From the human T2T-CHM13v2.0 reference genome, Homo sapiens, in assembly GCF_009914755.1 (NCBI RefSeq), contig NC_060942.1: 64,000 nucleotides of DNA. One strand, written 5' to 3'. The notes beneath the pieces were generated by a model, which saw only the letters and a program-made list of their open reading frames with translations, made no database searches and had not been told where the DNA came from. The position numbers and the translations under genes were made by a program. How positions within the stretch are numbered: position 1 is the stretch's first letter; every line of letters starts with the position of its first letter. Positions 41,567 through 56,232 of the stretch are shown one piece after another.

Positions 41567-42013
41567 TGTTATGGTACAGCTGTGTCCCTTCAATAAAGAG
41601 ATATTGAATTTCTAACCCCCAAGACTTTAAAATGTGACCTTATTTGGAAATAGTATTATTGCAAAAGTAATTAGTTAAGAGGAGGCCATACGGAAGTAGG
41701 GTGGATTCTTAATTCAAAGTGACTAGTGTCCTTGTAACAAGAGAAGAGAGAGAGACAGGGAGAAGAACACCAGTGACAATGAGGCAGAGAATGAAGTGCT
41801 GCACCTACAAGCCAAGGATGCCATGGATGATGGCAAACACCAGAGGCTAGAAGAAGCAAGGAAGGCTCCTTATCTACATGTTTCAGAAGGAGCACGACCC
41901 TGCTGACAACTTGCTGTTGGACTTGGAGCCTCCAGAACTGTGAGAGAGTAAAGTTCTGTCGTTTTAAGCTACCTAGTTTGCAATACTTTATACGGCAGCC
42001 TTAAGGAACTAAT
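41567..42013 (+). mobile_element. MLT1C-like MaLR LTR
   Basis: AATGTGACCTTATTTGGAAATAG...CAAGCCAAGGATGCC...GCCTCCAGAACTGTGAGA...GGCAGCCTTAAGGAACTAAT. Confidence 0.9.
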
Positions 42014-42019
42014 GGAATG

Positions 42020-42240
42020 AAAGAGCAAAGCTTTGAGATCAGATGAACCTGAAGTCAATCCCAACTACATCATTTAATGATCTGATCTTGGGAAATCTAC
42101 TAACTTCTCTGTCTCTCTGTTTTCTTAGCTGTAAAATGAGGACAATAGTTGTTTCACAGGATTTTTATAAGAATTTCATGTATAATATGTATTATAAACT
42201 TCACACAGAGCCTAGCATATTATGTGCCCAAAATTAATAT
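42020..42240 (+). mobile_element. MIR
   Basis: GCTTTGAGATCAGATGAACCTG...TAACTTCTCTGTCTCTCTGTTTTCTTAGCTGTAAAATGAGGACAATA. Confidence 0.75.
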
Positions 42241-43105
42241 CCCATTTTCCCTTTGCAGTTTTAAATGAGCCTTTTATTTATGCTACCTGGTATATTCATT
42301 CAACATATAAGTATTGAATGTCTTCTCTGAGTTAGACACTGCTCTAGGCATTTGGGATGTAGAGTAAACAGAAATAGAAAAAAAAATACCCCTTTTTAAG
42401 GGAATTTACATATGGATAGCAAACCTATGTTCTTTCTTAATAAATGAATGAATAAACTAAAATCTTCATTACTATTTGTGCTAAACTCTGCTTTAAGGAA
42501 TTACGATAAGAAAGGAGTGGATTTGGCCAGTAAACTACAGTAGATTGCTACAAAGCTATCCTAACTTATGCCTTGCTTACCATGGTATGAAGCAGCATTA
42601 ACTAAGATTATCTTTCCCTATAAGATGTATGGGTGCAGAAAACAGTTTTTGTTACATTTCTTAACTGCAACTCCACATTTTAATAAGACTCAATAAGAAA
42701 GCAATTAACTTTAGCATACACAAAGTTTTTAAATGGTTAAATTGTCATACGTAAAGATAACTTCAAGCAAATCTTCACCATTGAAAATGAAAACAAAAAA
42801 AAACATTACCCTTCTGTGATTTTCAGTCTTAAGAAAGAAAATCTTTATATAATTATGATCATTTTTTATCATTTTCTAAAATGCATGTAATGGCAAGCAC
42901 TAGAGTAACGAAGAAAATTTTAACTAAGTGCTATTGAAAATGCAAAGCAATGGAAGTAACAAAACAACAGGAAGCTCTTAAGTGTTAGAATCTTAAGAAA
43001 GAATGAAGAGAGGATCAACAGATTTTTCATCGCAAATATAATAAATTATTTTATAATCATTTGATATGATATATTTATCAATAGGAAGGATGTCAGAGAA
43101 TGTAA

Positions 43106-43832
<727 letters not shown>

Positions 43833-43989
43833 ATTCATGTTACGGAAGTCCCAGTTGTGGGCAAAAGCACAGATTTGTTTCAGTAAAGATCAGAAATCAA
43901 GAAATTAATTCCTACCACTAGCTGATTGTTTGATGTTGAGCCAGGAAAATCATTTAGCCTACTGCAGCCACCTCACCAAAACCTAGTAC

Positions 43990-44400
43990 CATATTCATTC
44001 AACAACAGCAGTTGTTCCAAAGGTGAGCATATGACTCAATGAATACTAATAACAGTCCTTTTAGATTTGAATTATGAAACTGGACAGTAAAAGTTTTCTT
44101 TCTACTAAGACTGATAAACTGAAAGGATGGGAATCTGTGACTATTAAGGTGTAGAGAGGAGACTGGTCTTTCATAGGAAATAACAATGACACATAGAGGG
44201 AAGCAAAGCTCATAGAAAGAGAAAGAGAGAATGAAAGAAAAAGAAAGAGAAGGAAGGAGAAAAGAAAAAAGCTGTGTTTAAGCCCCTAGAGCTAGCCATG
44301 CCTGAAGCCAGTGCAATGTTGAACTTCCCAACTCTGTAAAATAGTGAATTCACTATTTTGTTTGAGCTTACCTTGAGTCTAAATTCAATCTTTGGCATCA
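43990..44400 (+). mobile_element. Old MaLR LTR (MLT1J/K-like)
   Basis: GAGCATATGACTCAA and AGCCATGCCTGAAGCCAG...TTTTGTTTGAGCT motifs. Confidence 0.55.
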
Positions 44401-45965
44401 GAAAAAAAAAAACCCAATCAATATCTGCTTGTCCTAAGATCAAATGAATTAAACCTTTGACTTTCAACCTGTCCATCAGTGTTAAGCTATTCTGCAAATG
44501 ACAAAATGCTTAAAATAAGCCAAGATTCATCACATATTGATATAATCTATATGCAAAAGCAAACCTAAGGGAGATGTTCCTTTCCTTGAGATAAGCAAGT
44601 TGCATATAGTCCAATGAGCCTCATTTGTGCTCACATATCTATCACAACACCCATCAAACCTGATGGCATTGATTTATACTACTGGACTTGAAAACTCTTG
44701 GGGGCAAGACACATTTTGTCTTTGTATGATGACTACCAGGCACTGTGCTAGGCAATGAATGCTTGTGGAAGGCGAATAAAAATAAAATCATAAAAGAAAA
44801 GACGTTTGCACACAACTTTGCAGGTATATATGTATTATGCTTTCACAGATATAATACAATTGTTAGCTTTTGTTTAATCATTGATTTATACATAATATAC
44901 CAACAGAGAGATGGTCTGCTCCTAAAGAAAAAATAGTGTGATAATCATCAAAATATTCTCTATCACTTCTGTATGTTTTTACTGCATCCTAGGCACTCTG
45001 TTAAACAGATTATATGCGTTTTAGTTAGAATGTTAAGTTTGGCACAAAAAAAAATTTTAATGTCTTAGAATAGTTTATATTATACTACTTTGTAGTTTGC
45101 TTAATGCTTCCATATATATCTTCATACTTTCAATTCTTTGCCACCCAGGGAGGTAGATAGGAAAATATTAATATCTCATGATTCATGTGAAAAGAAAACT
45201 TCAAGAAGTTAAAAGACTTCTTAAATAACAATAGTAGTAAATCAGATAAGAATCCAGGTCTCATGACTCCACAGCAGTATTTGCTGCACTGTAGAAAGAG
45301 TAACTAGCATCATTATAAATTAACTAAAAAGAGTCAGATACCTACAGAATCTGTCAATCATACTGGTAATGCTTTCACTGGTGTCCCTTACTTCCCATTT
45401 CCCAAGCATTTTCAAACTTAATTTCTGCATTAAAATTCTCCTCCTCAATCTCCCTCCCTTCCCTTTTCCTCTTAATAAATCCATTTACTGGAATAAAACC
45501 AAGTGTCATGATTTGTAACTACTGGAAGGTTTTGCTTGCAAATAGGAAGCTACAGACCTTCCCCTAAAATGAATGCCTGCTTCTCCTAAATAAGAGACAA
45601 TGAACCATGACAGGGAAACCTCCCTTCTCCATAATTCAAAGAAAAGCTTTCCTTGATAAGCTTTTCTGCCAGGGAGGGCTGGTTCTGATTGCAACAAAGC
45701 AATCTCCAGCCTCATTTTGATCTTAGCACACTAAGTAGGAGAGACTGTAATGTAAGAATGACAGATTCTGCCTTTCCATTACTGCCCTTGTATCATGTCT
45801 TACATTTAGAACATTTTTAGCAATATGGTTAACACCATAAAATCTTATATATATATGGGCTTCATATAAACACACACATAAATAGATACATATTTAGGCA
45901 AATAGAAGAACAGACTCTGTGACTAACACAGTTTTATGTTGAAAACTGGAATTCTGTAAAACAGT

Positions 45966-46307
45966 TGTCTCTGTCCATCTTGTACTACAAGAATGAAATA
46001 TCGAAGACTGGCTAATTTATAAAGAGCAGGGACTTATTTCTTACAGTTTGGGAGGTTGGGAAGTCCAAGATCAAGGGTCTGGCATCTGGCAAGGACATTC
46101 TTGTTCTCTCATCTTGTGGCAGAAGGCAGAGGGGAGAGAAGGCAAGAGGAGGCCAAAGTCACCTTATATAATAGCAATAATTCTGCCCCTAAGGGTGCAG
46201 TCTTAATGGCCTAAGCAACTTTTAAGGGGCCCACCTCTTAATACTGTTACTGTAGCAGTTAAATTTCAACATGAGTTTTAGAGGGAACAAGTATTCAAAC
46301 CATAGCA
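45966..46307 (-). mobile_element. MST (MSTD-like) LTR
   Basis: GACTGGCTAATTTATAAAG...GGAAGTCCAAGATCAAGG...TTTCAACATGAGTTTT...ATTCAAACCATAGCA. Confidence 0.88.
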
Positions 46308-46879
46308 CAGTGGGTGTATAGATTTCAATTTTTATAATAATCCTTTCATAACAACATTTTGAGTCTATAGAGCTGCAATACCTTAACAGTCTAAATATTT
46401 CATTCAGGACAGAAAAAAGAGAGGTGGCAATTGAGAAGTACTACAATAATTTCATGAGAGCTGTTTTTTTTTTTGTTCACAAGACTGTAAGAGTGGGAAT
46501 TCCACTTTAGCCTGCCAGGAAAAGAAAGCTTAAGAGTAAATTCTGGGAACAACTAATTTTTTAAAAATCTTTCTATAAAAAATACGCAGGCTGCTACAGT
46601 CTTCAGTCAAGGAATGGTAAGTCCCTACTAAGTGTCAGGCCCTATGCCTGGGGCTTAAATTATGTATGTGAAGACAACATATCACCCCGCCCCCTGGTGT
46701 AGCCTTCAGTTATTAATTCAGCAAATATCTATTAAGCATCTTGTATGACCCAGGCACTATGTGCAACAACAACAACAACAAAACAGCTAAAATCTTCACC
46801 TTCATGGAACTTACATCCAATTGGAGGAAAAAGATAATAAATGAATAATGTTTAAAATTATTTATGTTAGCTATTTATT

Positions 46880-47162
46880 ATTTTATGAAAAGAAGTTTAT
46901 TTGGCTCATGGTTCTGGAGGTCTGAAAGTCCAAGAGTGTGACACTGGCATCTGGTGAAGGCCTTCTTTTGCAACATAACATGGCAGAGATCACATGGAAA
47001 GAGGGCAAGAGCAAGAGAGTTAGGGAGAGTCAGCTTTTATAACAAAGCCCCTTCCAAGATAATGAACCCATTCCTGTGATGGTGACATTAATCCATTCAT
47101 GAGAACAGAGTGATTAAGTTTCCAACATATAAAGGTTTGGGAGACACATTCAAATCATAGCA
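46880..47162 (-). mobile_element. MST (MSTB/C-like) LTR, partial
   Basis: GAAGTTTATTTGGCTCATGGTTCTGGAGG...CATTAATCCATTCATGAG...ACACATTCAAATCATAGCA. Confidence 0.85.
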
Positions 47163-47238
47163 TCTTCTAAATAGAGTCTCAGAGTCTACTCTTGCCACTC
47201 CCTTCCCCCACAATTCCTTCTTAACAATAGGCTATTTA

Positions 47239-47515
47239 TTTATTTTGAGACAGAGTTTCATTCTTGTTGCCCAGGCTGGAGTGCAGTGGCTCAACTTTGG
47301 CTCACTGCAACCTTGCCTCCTGGGTTCAAACGATTTTCCTGCCTCAGCCGCTGGAGTAGCTGGGATTATAGGCACCTGCCACCACACCTAGCTATTTTTT
47401 TTAATTATTATTTTTAGTAGACACGGGGTTTCACCATGTTGGCCAGGCTGGTCTGGAACTCCTGACCTCAGGTGATCCACCTGCCTTGGCTTCCCAAAGT
47501 GCTGGGATTACAGGC
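47239..47515 (-). mobile_element. AluSq-like, slightly 5'-truncated
   Basis: GAGTTTCATTCTTGTTGCCCAGG; TSD AACAATAGGCTATTTA (47223-47238) / AACAACAGGCTATTTA (47517-47532). Confidence 0.94.
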
Positions 47516-47599
47516 AAACAACAGGCTATTTAAATTCAAAAATTAATAACAGGTTTTGAGGAAAATAAAATTTCTGTACCAGTTAAGGGTACAGAAATT

Positions 47600-48245
47600 C
47601 AGAATGCTATTGTCAGGGAGGATTCTATTTTAAAGATTTCAGCTGAAACCTCTCAATGGGCAATACTTGAATGGAGCTCCCAAAATACGAAGAATCAAGT
47701 CGTGCCAAGACCTGTAAGAAGAGCATTGTAGGCAGAGACCCCTGTACAGAGGAGCCTGTGGCTGAAGCATGGGAAGAGCAGTAGGGGATGATGTTGGAGA
47801 GATGGGCAGGAGTTGAGTAGGCAGTTGACTAAGGAGAATTTTGACTTTACTCTAAGTATGACACAAGGCCATTTAGGAATTATAAGTAAAATCACATGCC
47901 TGAAAAAGCTTACTGTTGGTACTACATGAAGAATAATTTGTAGACTGAGATATGGAAGCAGAGAAGCAGTTTGAGGCTCTGAAGTAATCTGAGAGATAAC
48001 AATGGCCTTGATTAGAGTATTAATGATAGAGATGGTGAGTATACAGACACCAATAATAGTGCCAAGCACTATTCTGCTGGCTTTGCATTTATTTGCTTGT
48101 TTGACTCACATATTCAATATTTGAACCATTTATTAACAATCCTAAGAAATAAATACTAAAAGTATACCCGCTTTACAAATATGGGGAAAAAAGCAGAGTG
48201 AATTTAAATCACTTCCTCAAAACTAACAAGTAATAACTGAAAAGG
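47600..48245 (-). mobile_element. L2 fragment followed by a MIR fragment
   Basis: AAGGAGAATTTTGACTTTACTCTAAGT and GAAGTAATCTGAGAGATAACAATGGCCTTGA (L2); GTGCCAAGCACTATTCT...TTTACAAATATGGG (MIR). Confidence 0.55.
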
Positions 48246-48249
48246 GGAT

Positions 48250-48912
48250 GTGAAGGTTTAGCCAAATGAAAAGTTAGAGGGAACAGCCCACACACAAGAT
48301 CACCTTCACTTCTGATACCAGCTACAAGTTTGAGGTCCCCAAGACCACCTACGGTTTTATAATTCACTAGAACTCACAGAACACATTGAAGGCTATTTTG
48401 CTCATGGTTATGTTTTATTGCAGATTGAAATCAGCCAAGGGAAAACATTCACCGACTGAAGTCCAAAAAAATATCAAACATGGAGCTTCCAATTGTCCTC
48501 TCCTTGTGGGGTCAAGACAGCATGAATTTCTCCACATCTCTATATGACAATATTCATGGAGAACTCCCAACCAGGAAGCTCACTTGAGCTTGGTGTTCAG
48601 AGTTTTTATTGGGGCTCCATCATGTAGACAAGATTGATTGCCCAAGTGTTTGATCTCAGTCCTTACTCTCCCTGGAACTCTACTGATACTGTGTGACTCA
48701 CCCTTCCTGCCTCCAAATCATACTGCTGATTCTTCTGGTGTGTCCATCCTCCACTCTAAACCACACTGTTAGACTATTCTGACCAAAGGTTCATAGGCAA
48801 ATAAAGACACTTCCCTCAGGCATGACACACCAAGGGCTTAGAAATTACCTCACAGAAGTCAAGGACAAAGGCCAAATCTATCTTTGGGCAAGGTTAGATT
48901 CTTTACTACACA
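48250..48912 (-). mobile_element. MER21-like (MER21C) LTR
   Basis: CACTTCTGATACCAGCTACAAGTTTG.GGTCCCCAAGACCACC...ATAATTCACTAGAA...TTTGGGCAAGGTTAGATTCTTTACTACACA. Confidence 0.8.
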
Positions 48913-49995
48913 GAGGAAGAAAGGGATATGAGAGAAGTGAGTTCTCTTTCAGCCATTTTAAATTTGAGATGCATATTTTATATCAGAATAAAGATGTTAA
49001 GTAACAGTTATATAAACATATCCACAGTTCAAGCATGAGAAGACTGGACTGAAAATAAACATTTTGGAGCGAACAGACTATAGATGTTATTTAAATTCCA
49101 TGGGATATAACAGGGTAAATTAAAGAGAAAGTTTAAAGAGAGAAAAGAAGAGGAACAAGAACTGAGACTGGAAACACAACCACACATAGGGGTCACAGAA
49201 AAGAGGGAGGTATAGCAAAAGAAATTTAAAAGCCCATACATTCAGAAGAAAAAATGAAGAAAAAAGTAGAGAAAGTACGTCCAGAAAAAGAGGTTTATGT
49301 AGGAAAACCACCTCCTATTTTGGAGATGCATACTAAAGTATTTAAAGATGCTTTCAAATGAATCTGTACATCTGTAACTTTCAAATGAATCAGCAAAAAT
49401 TAGAAGATAAAATACATATTGTAAACATAAAGGAAACACAACAAAATGTGTTTGAGATTATTGAATCTAGGTGCAAAACATATGAGGGGTTCATTGTAGT
49501 GTTCCTTCAACTTCTTGTATGTTTGGCATTTTGCATAATTAAATGTTGGGCATGAGAAAAGATACAGCTAATGGCCCAGGCCAACATATTCCTGAGAAAT
49601 CCAGAAGGTAGGGCAGATCACAGACGCTTGGAATTTGGTATCGGAAAAGGCAGGAGACAAAAATCCAGAGTGAAGAAATTTAAAGAGAGAATGAGAAAGG
49701 AGAAAGATGTGAGGAGAGTTTCTCTAAAGAAAGGCAGAGAAATTGAGCACAGGCTATAATAATGTAGTGAGGGCCCTCACTACATAAAGTGGTAGAGAGT
49801 GGGAGGGAATAGGAAACTTCAAGCTTCAAAAGAAGCTGATGCTTGAGCTACATTTGCAAGGATGTGGAGGTTTTTACCAGACTGAGAAAAAGAGAGGAAT
49901 TCCAGGCAAGAAAAACAGCGTATGCAAGGACATGAAGGTATAAGGAAGGTGTGCTACTATATTGTGTTTGAATATCTGCAGTTTGACTAGTACTA

Positions 49996-50057
49996 AAGCT
50001 GCTAAAATGAGTAGAGGTCAGATCACAAGCTGCTAAAATGAGTAGAGGTCAGATCAC
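49996..50057 (+). repeat. Perfect 31-bp tandem duplication
   Basis: AAGCTGCTAAAATGAGTAGAGGTCAGATCAC twice (49996-50026 and 50027-50057). Confidence 0.95.
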
Positions 50058-50065
50058 AAAATAGC

Positions 50066-50195
50066 CAGCGTTCCTCAAAAAACGGTCTAGGTTCCTAACT
50101 TAAGAATCCACTAGGGCACTAATTAAAATGCAGATTCACAGATTCCACTGACAACCTGTTGAATCAGAACCCCTGGCAGTGGGACTCAAACTGGG
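50066..50195. mobile_element. MER5-like hAT MITE fragment
   Basis: TTAAAATGCAGATTC...CTGTTGAATCAGAA motif. Confidence 0.6.
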
Positions 50196-50624
50196 AACTG
50201 GAAAAGGAGAACCCTGCATGGGAAAGTGTGTGTGCATTTCTTCTCCCATTCCAGCCAGCATCACGTGTCCTTTCATCTCTTCCCTCTCTATAGATAGACT
50301 TTTTGTCTTTCCCCCCACCCATCCTCTTACCTGCATCCTCATAGCTTCTGCTCCTCAGAACTTTGGTTTGCTTATGGCTTGATCTTGCATGGAATTGGCT
50401 CCAGCTAAGACCCTTCAGCACAAACATCCACTGCAAACCGACAACTCCATCTAGATGTCCCTATACCTTTTAGTTCCTATTACGGAGAGAGAAACTGAGA
50501 AAGGAGGAGGGAGAGGAGAGGAAGAAAGACAATTGTCACACAGAATGGGCCATGAGTCCACTCTAGACTCAGTAAGCAGTGACTAGGGCCATGTCACATG
50601 TACATAGGTGCAGGTTCTCTAGAA

Positions 50625-50872
50625 CAATGCTACTCAAATGCCAGTCTACAAGGGGGAAAGAAGCTTGTGCCATAATGTAAACTAGTGCACTTCATTCATC
50701 AATAAGGTGTTGCTATGAAAAATATCAGAAAAAAACATCAGCTGAACTAAACACCATGCTTAGTGGCACAGTTAATTTATCTTTTGGCACAAGCTCCTTA
50801 TGTTATTGAGAACCAATCCAGACATCTCCAAGACCTGTAAGCAGTCCCTGGAACACACTCTGAGAAGCACTG
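50625..50872. mobile_element. hAT-Charlie family MITE with both termini recognisable
   Basis: TIRs CAATGCTACTCAAA / TCTGAGAAGCACTG; 8-bp TSD CTCTAGAA (50617-50624) / CTCTAAAA (50873-50880). Confidence 0.85.
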
Positions 50873-51529
50873 CTCTAAAAAGAACTGTGGATTATACAAG
50901 CATTTAAAATAAAACAAGATAAAATATATGTTGATATTACTGGTCAAAATTCACCAAAATGTTCATCTAGAAAACCCATGAGGAAAGCATTCTGAGAAAT
51001 ATACAAAAGTGTAAGACTGATTTCATCTACAAGCATCAGACCATACATATTTCAGAAGACAGTGAGAAATTAGCTTATGCTTTAATTTGCCACTGAAAAT
51101 AACTTGGACTACTAGCAAGTAAGATGTCTGTTTTTATAAAGAAGAAAGTGTGAACCCAAAAGCACTGAAGGTATGCCTTTATAGCTTATTTTTACTTCTC
51201 TCCACAAGGTACAGTACTAGAATGACCTGGGAAGCATAAAAGTCATAGAACATTTTTTTAAACTCTCTTCAAGGCTGTTAGGAGGTATAAAATACACACC
51301 TTGAGCAAAATAAATGTATGCACCTCAAGAAGATAATAAATCACTTGTAGCTTTATTGTTGTCAGTCATTGGTTTTTGAAGGGCAAACCGTACTTGATTC
51401 TTGACTTGTTCTTTGCTTCACTGATCAGTAACTTTCCTTAGAAGCTACAAAGTTTTCAGTGTTGACAACTCTGTGATTTTTTTAGGGAGAAAAGTCACAT
51501 ATTTTAAAAATATGGTTTCATGGACATAT

Positions 51530-52130
51530 TGGTGTGCAATTCAATTCCACAAACCTCAGTTGAACACCTACTATGTGCCAGGAACTGTTTCCTCTGGACT
51601 GCAGCAGGAATACAGAAAGGAATAAAATGTCATTAAGGAGCTCATATAACCCCTGAGGGAAGACTAACGTCTGTAATCATAAGTAGAAATTAAGGTGGAC
51701 TGCAAATAGTCTTATATTTGGGAAGAAAAGGGCATGATTCATTCTGACTATGTGCATGTAGGGAGATTTCACGACCAAGACCAGGAAGACTTGGTCCTTG
51801 AAGGACAGGCAGTAATTCAAGATGCAAGGTAAGAGGTAACTAAAGAACATACCAGGCAGAGAAAATAATTGAACTCAATCATGAAAGAGTGTGGTTCATT
51901 TGAGGAAACCTCAAGAAATCTACTAACGCTAGTCCATAAATGTGTTACGGGAAGGATAGACAAAGTACATAAGACCATGTGGGCTTACAAATGCAAGTGC
52001 TTTCATAGAATTATGAGAAGTACTAGGTTACTAGATCACAGAAGTTTTATAAAGGAGTAGTGGGTTCTGAGGCTGGGATACAGATTAGAGCCACATTATT
52101 GTCGGCTTTGAATGCTATTCTGAGGAATTT
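51530..52130 (-). mobile_element. L2 remnant
   Basis: TTGAACACCTACTATGTGCCAGGAACTGT terminal motif followed by purine-rich L2 body. Confidence 0.65.
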
Positions 52131-52169
52131 AGTGCAAGAAAAAATTAGTGTAACTTTATGGCATTGTAA

Positions 52170-52592
52170 AACACCCTTTGTTGTAGATCGTAACATTGTT
52201 TGAAATTATTCAATCCTTGCTTCTCCTATAGCAATTTCCCCTGCTCCATTGCCTTTGGCTTCAGTCATGTGATTTGCTTTGGCTGATGGAGTTGAACGTG
52301 AGCAGACGTGCCCTGTATCTATCACCCCCAAGTGGAAACTTTCAGAGGTATTAAAACAGTTTCACCACACTGTTTGCTCCTATACCCCTGCCATGGAGAG
52401 GTCTGATTCTTTAGCCTGAGTCTCAGAATGGAAAGAATCATGAAACAGACCTCAACCTTTATAACTTCAATCTGGATAAGAGACATAGTAGCTAACAGCC
52501 ACCAATATAGGTAAGCAAAAAATAATTATTATTATAAAATAAAATATAGACTGTTGTAATCTACTCTGAGGTATCAAGATATTTTGTTACAC
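52170..52592 (+). mobile_element. Old MLT1 LTR (MLT1I-like)
   Basis: GTCATGTGATTTGCTTTGGCTGATGGA and TTAGCCTGAGTCTCAGAATG...TTTTGTTACACAG. Confidence 0.6.
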
Positions 52593-52842
52593 AGTATAAA
52601 GCAGTGAAAGCTGGATAATTCACACTTTGAAAATTATGAAACTAAGACACTTTCAATATAAAAATACAGAAAACTTTAAAGAAAAATAAAATAACCTGTA
52701 AGTACAATCCCCAGAGATAGTCAATCACAGAAAACATTTCGCAATGGCCTTCTATGTATGTATATACATTTTAAATGAAATTATTATTGTACTAAGTATT
52801 CTATCAGTGCAAATTTCCATGCATTAAATTTTTTCTATTTAC

Positions 52843-54012
52843 CTCACAACATTTACAAAAATTAACTCAAAATGGATCAAAGATTTAAATCTCTGAGAAG
52901 AAAACATAGAGCGAAAGCTTCATGACACTGGATTCAGCAATGAATTTTTGAGATATGACACAGAAGTATAGGCAACAACAAAAAAATAGATAAATTGGAT
53001 GTCATCAAAATCAAATAGTTTTGTACATCAAAAGACACTATTAAGAGTGAAAAACATTCCACAGACAAGTAGAAAATATTTGCAAATCATATATCTGAGA
53101 AGAAATTAATATCCAAAATATATAAAGAACTTCTACAACCAAACAACACAAAGCAAACACACTAATTAAAAACTGAGCCAAGAAACTGATAAACATTTCT
53201 GCAAAGATCATGTACAAATGGCCAATAAGCACATGAAAAGATGCTCAACATCACTAATCATCGGGAAAATGCAAGTCAAAACCAAAATGAGATACCACTT
53301 CATACCTATTAAAATGGCTATGATCACGGAAATAAATAGCAAGTGTTGAGAAAGATGTGGAGAAATGGAGATCTTTGTGCATTGCTGGTGGGAATATAAA
53401 GTGAAGCAGCCACTGTGAAAAGCAATATGGTGGTTCCCTGAAAAATTAGACATAGAATTATTATATAATCCAGCAATTTGACTTCTATATATATACCTAA
53501 GAGATTTGAAGATATTTGTACATCAATGTTCATAGCAGCATTATTTACAACAGCCAAAAGGTAAAAACAACCTAAATGTTCATCAATGGATGAGTGGGTA
53601 AACAAAGTGTGGTGTACACATGCAATGAAATATTATTCAGCCTTAAAAAGGAAGGAGATTTTGATATATGCTACAATATAGGTGAACCTTGAAAACATTA
53701 TGCTAAGTGAAATAAGCCAGACACAAAAAGACAAACATTGTATGATTCCACTTATATGAGTTACCCAGAGTAGTCAAATTTATGGAGACAGAAGGTAAAA
53801 TGGTGGTTGCCAAGGATAAGGGGAGGGGAAGATGGGGAGCTATTATTTGATGGGTACAGAATTTCAGTTGGAGGAAATGGAAAAGTTCTGAAGATAGATG
53901 GTGGTAACAGTTGCACAAAATTGTAAATGTACTTAATGATGCTGAATTGTGCACTTAAAAATTATTAAAATGGTTAAATATTATATTATGTATATTTTAC
54001 CAAAATAGAAAA
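52843..54012 (+). mobile_element. L1MB 3' portion
   Basis: AAAATTAACTCAAAATGGATCAAAGA...GGGTACAGAATTTCAGTT...AAAAGTTCTG.AGATAGATGGTGGT...TATATTTTACCA. Confidence 0.92.
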
Positions 54013-55994
54013 ATTCTAAAACTTATTTGTAAAAATTCTATATTTTATTCTAGTTTTACAGCTAATATATATTTCTTATAGAAGACTTAGAAAATTAAAA
54101 GTAGTCTTAATTGACTTAACCTGGAGGTAATCAAAACAGAAATCTTTATAGATTTTCTTCTTTATATTTACGCAATTGTGTTTACAAATATGAATTACAC
54201 TTCACATGCATTTATCACTTTTATATTACGCTATCGTAACAAAGTTAACAAAGAAGTAGTAACTATTTTCCTATTCACCTCAATAGTTTTCTACATTATC
54301 TTTCATTATGATTGGTATTTTCACTTCTGACATAATATATATTGTGTGCATGACCATCTCATCTCCACCTGCCTCCCAAAAAAACCAGAAAATTTCCAAA
54401 TAACAATCAAAAATCACCTGTAACTTTACTAACATATTTATCACAATTTATAATTAAATATTTATTTGTGGGATTGCTTATTATTTTTCTTCCCACTGGA
54501 CTACAAATTCCATAAGCAGAGGGATCATGCACGTCCCTACCACCAGCACCTAGCATGGTACCTGCCATTTGTTAATTGTTACAATAACTCTTCAATGGCC
54601 ATCTTTATATAAACATCTTTGAATATATCTTTGATCATTTTCTTTGGAAAAAATTCTAGAAATGGAAATTCTAGGAAATAGAAACTACATATTTAATATA
54701 ATTGTCAAAGTAGGTTAAGAAAGGTATGAATCCATCTAGACTTCCAGGATTAGTGTATGAAGAGTACTGCTTTTCCACATTCTCAACTACCCTAGCTGAG
54801 AAGTAGGTGAGAGCTTCTATTCCTGCTCTCTTATTTCCTGATTCTGTGAACTGAGGAAGCACATGAATAAGCATGATTTCCAGTGAACAATGCAAATGGA
54901 AATCTTTCTGCTTCTGCTCCAAGTAGAGAACTTGGTTTGAAGTCTTACCTCCTAGAATTCAAGCAGCCCCATCACCACCACCCACCTGGCTCTTTGCTGG
55001 AAGCTGATATATCTGAATGGACGTACAAGAAGTGAATGCAAAGATCACAATATTCACACCTATGAAGGAAAAAAAATGATGAGAACTTACAACCATCTAA
55101 AAGCTGCCTGACAAACATGTGGTATAATACACAAAGAATTTACACAAAGAAGGCCGTTTCTCCTACTGTCTTTAAGGTAGCTGGCTCAGCCCTTTTTCTA
55201 AGAAGTATGGTAAGCTAATTGCTTTCTTAATCCAGCTACATTGGCCTTATCTTACAGAAATCCTTTCTATAGTCTGTTATATGGTTGTCTATTAATCTAA
55301 AATTTAATATTCACTTTTTCTCTATCGTTTCCTTAGTATCTCAATGGCGAACTAGAAGGGCTGGCAACAACGTTGAAGACAGTGTAGGGAAAGAGACTAT
55401 CAGTCAGAAGGAAAACAACTACAATCATAATAAAAAGAGATTCAAAACCTGAACAGAAGTTGTGATAGGAACTTTGTATAAGAAAGATAAGAATTAAGGA
55501 TAAATTGTTGGCTTTATAGATTGGACACCTCAGGAAGTTAAGACAGTGTTAGCCAAGAAAAAGAAAAGCCAAATAGTGCAGCTAAAAAAGTAGGAGATGC
55601 TATGTTTTACCAAGGATGCTGACTTTGAAATGACTCTCTGGTGTCTGTACTGAAGACAATATGGAGTTTAGATCAGTAATTCATAATATGTAGATTCGGA
55701 AGGGACTTGTCCTCATCTCTCTTTATTTCTCACCCTTTAATTTTATGCTCCAGTCTTACTGAACTCTTCATAGTTCCCTGAATATGCCACCCTTCTCATG
55801 CCATTCTGTCTTTGCATGCATTGGGTTCTAGATTTACAACTCTCAAGCACTTTTTACCTGTTTAATTTTTGCTTAGTCTTAAAAGTTCAAATTAAACACC
55901 ACTTCCTTCAAGAAAGTCCTCATAACCTGTACAGTCAAGGTTAGAAGCACCTCCAATGAGCTCACATTGTGCCCAACAGGTAAATCTATAAGAC

Positions 55995-56232
55995 ACATTC
56001 TCAACTGAGGCAGTAGTACTGCTAATGAGGAGAAAGTCAGTTCTTTGGAGGGGAGAAAAAGAATCTTAATCCTTATCTGTATAAAACACAGATGTACATA
56101 TGGAACATAAGCACACAGATATATGGTCTATTTATCAGTGGTATTAGGCTTTCGTGAGAGGAACAATTAGGTAAAAACTGTCTGAAATGTTTCATTAAGG
56201 AGGCAATGGTGAAAAAAGTTTGAGAAACACAA
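55995..56232. mobile_element. MER112-like hAT-Charlie element nested in L2 sequence
   Basis: AAAACACAGATGTACATA...GTGGTATTA...AAAAAAGTTTGAGAAACAC recalled MER112 motifs. Confidence 0.65.
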
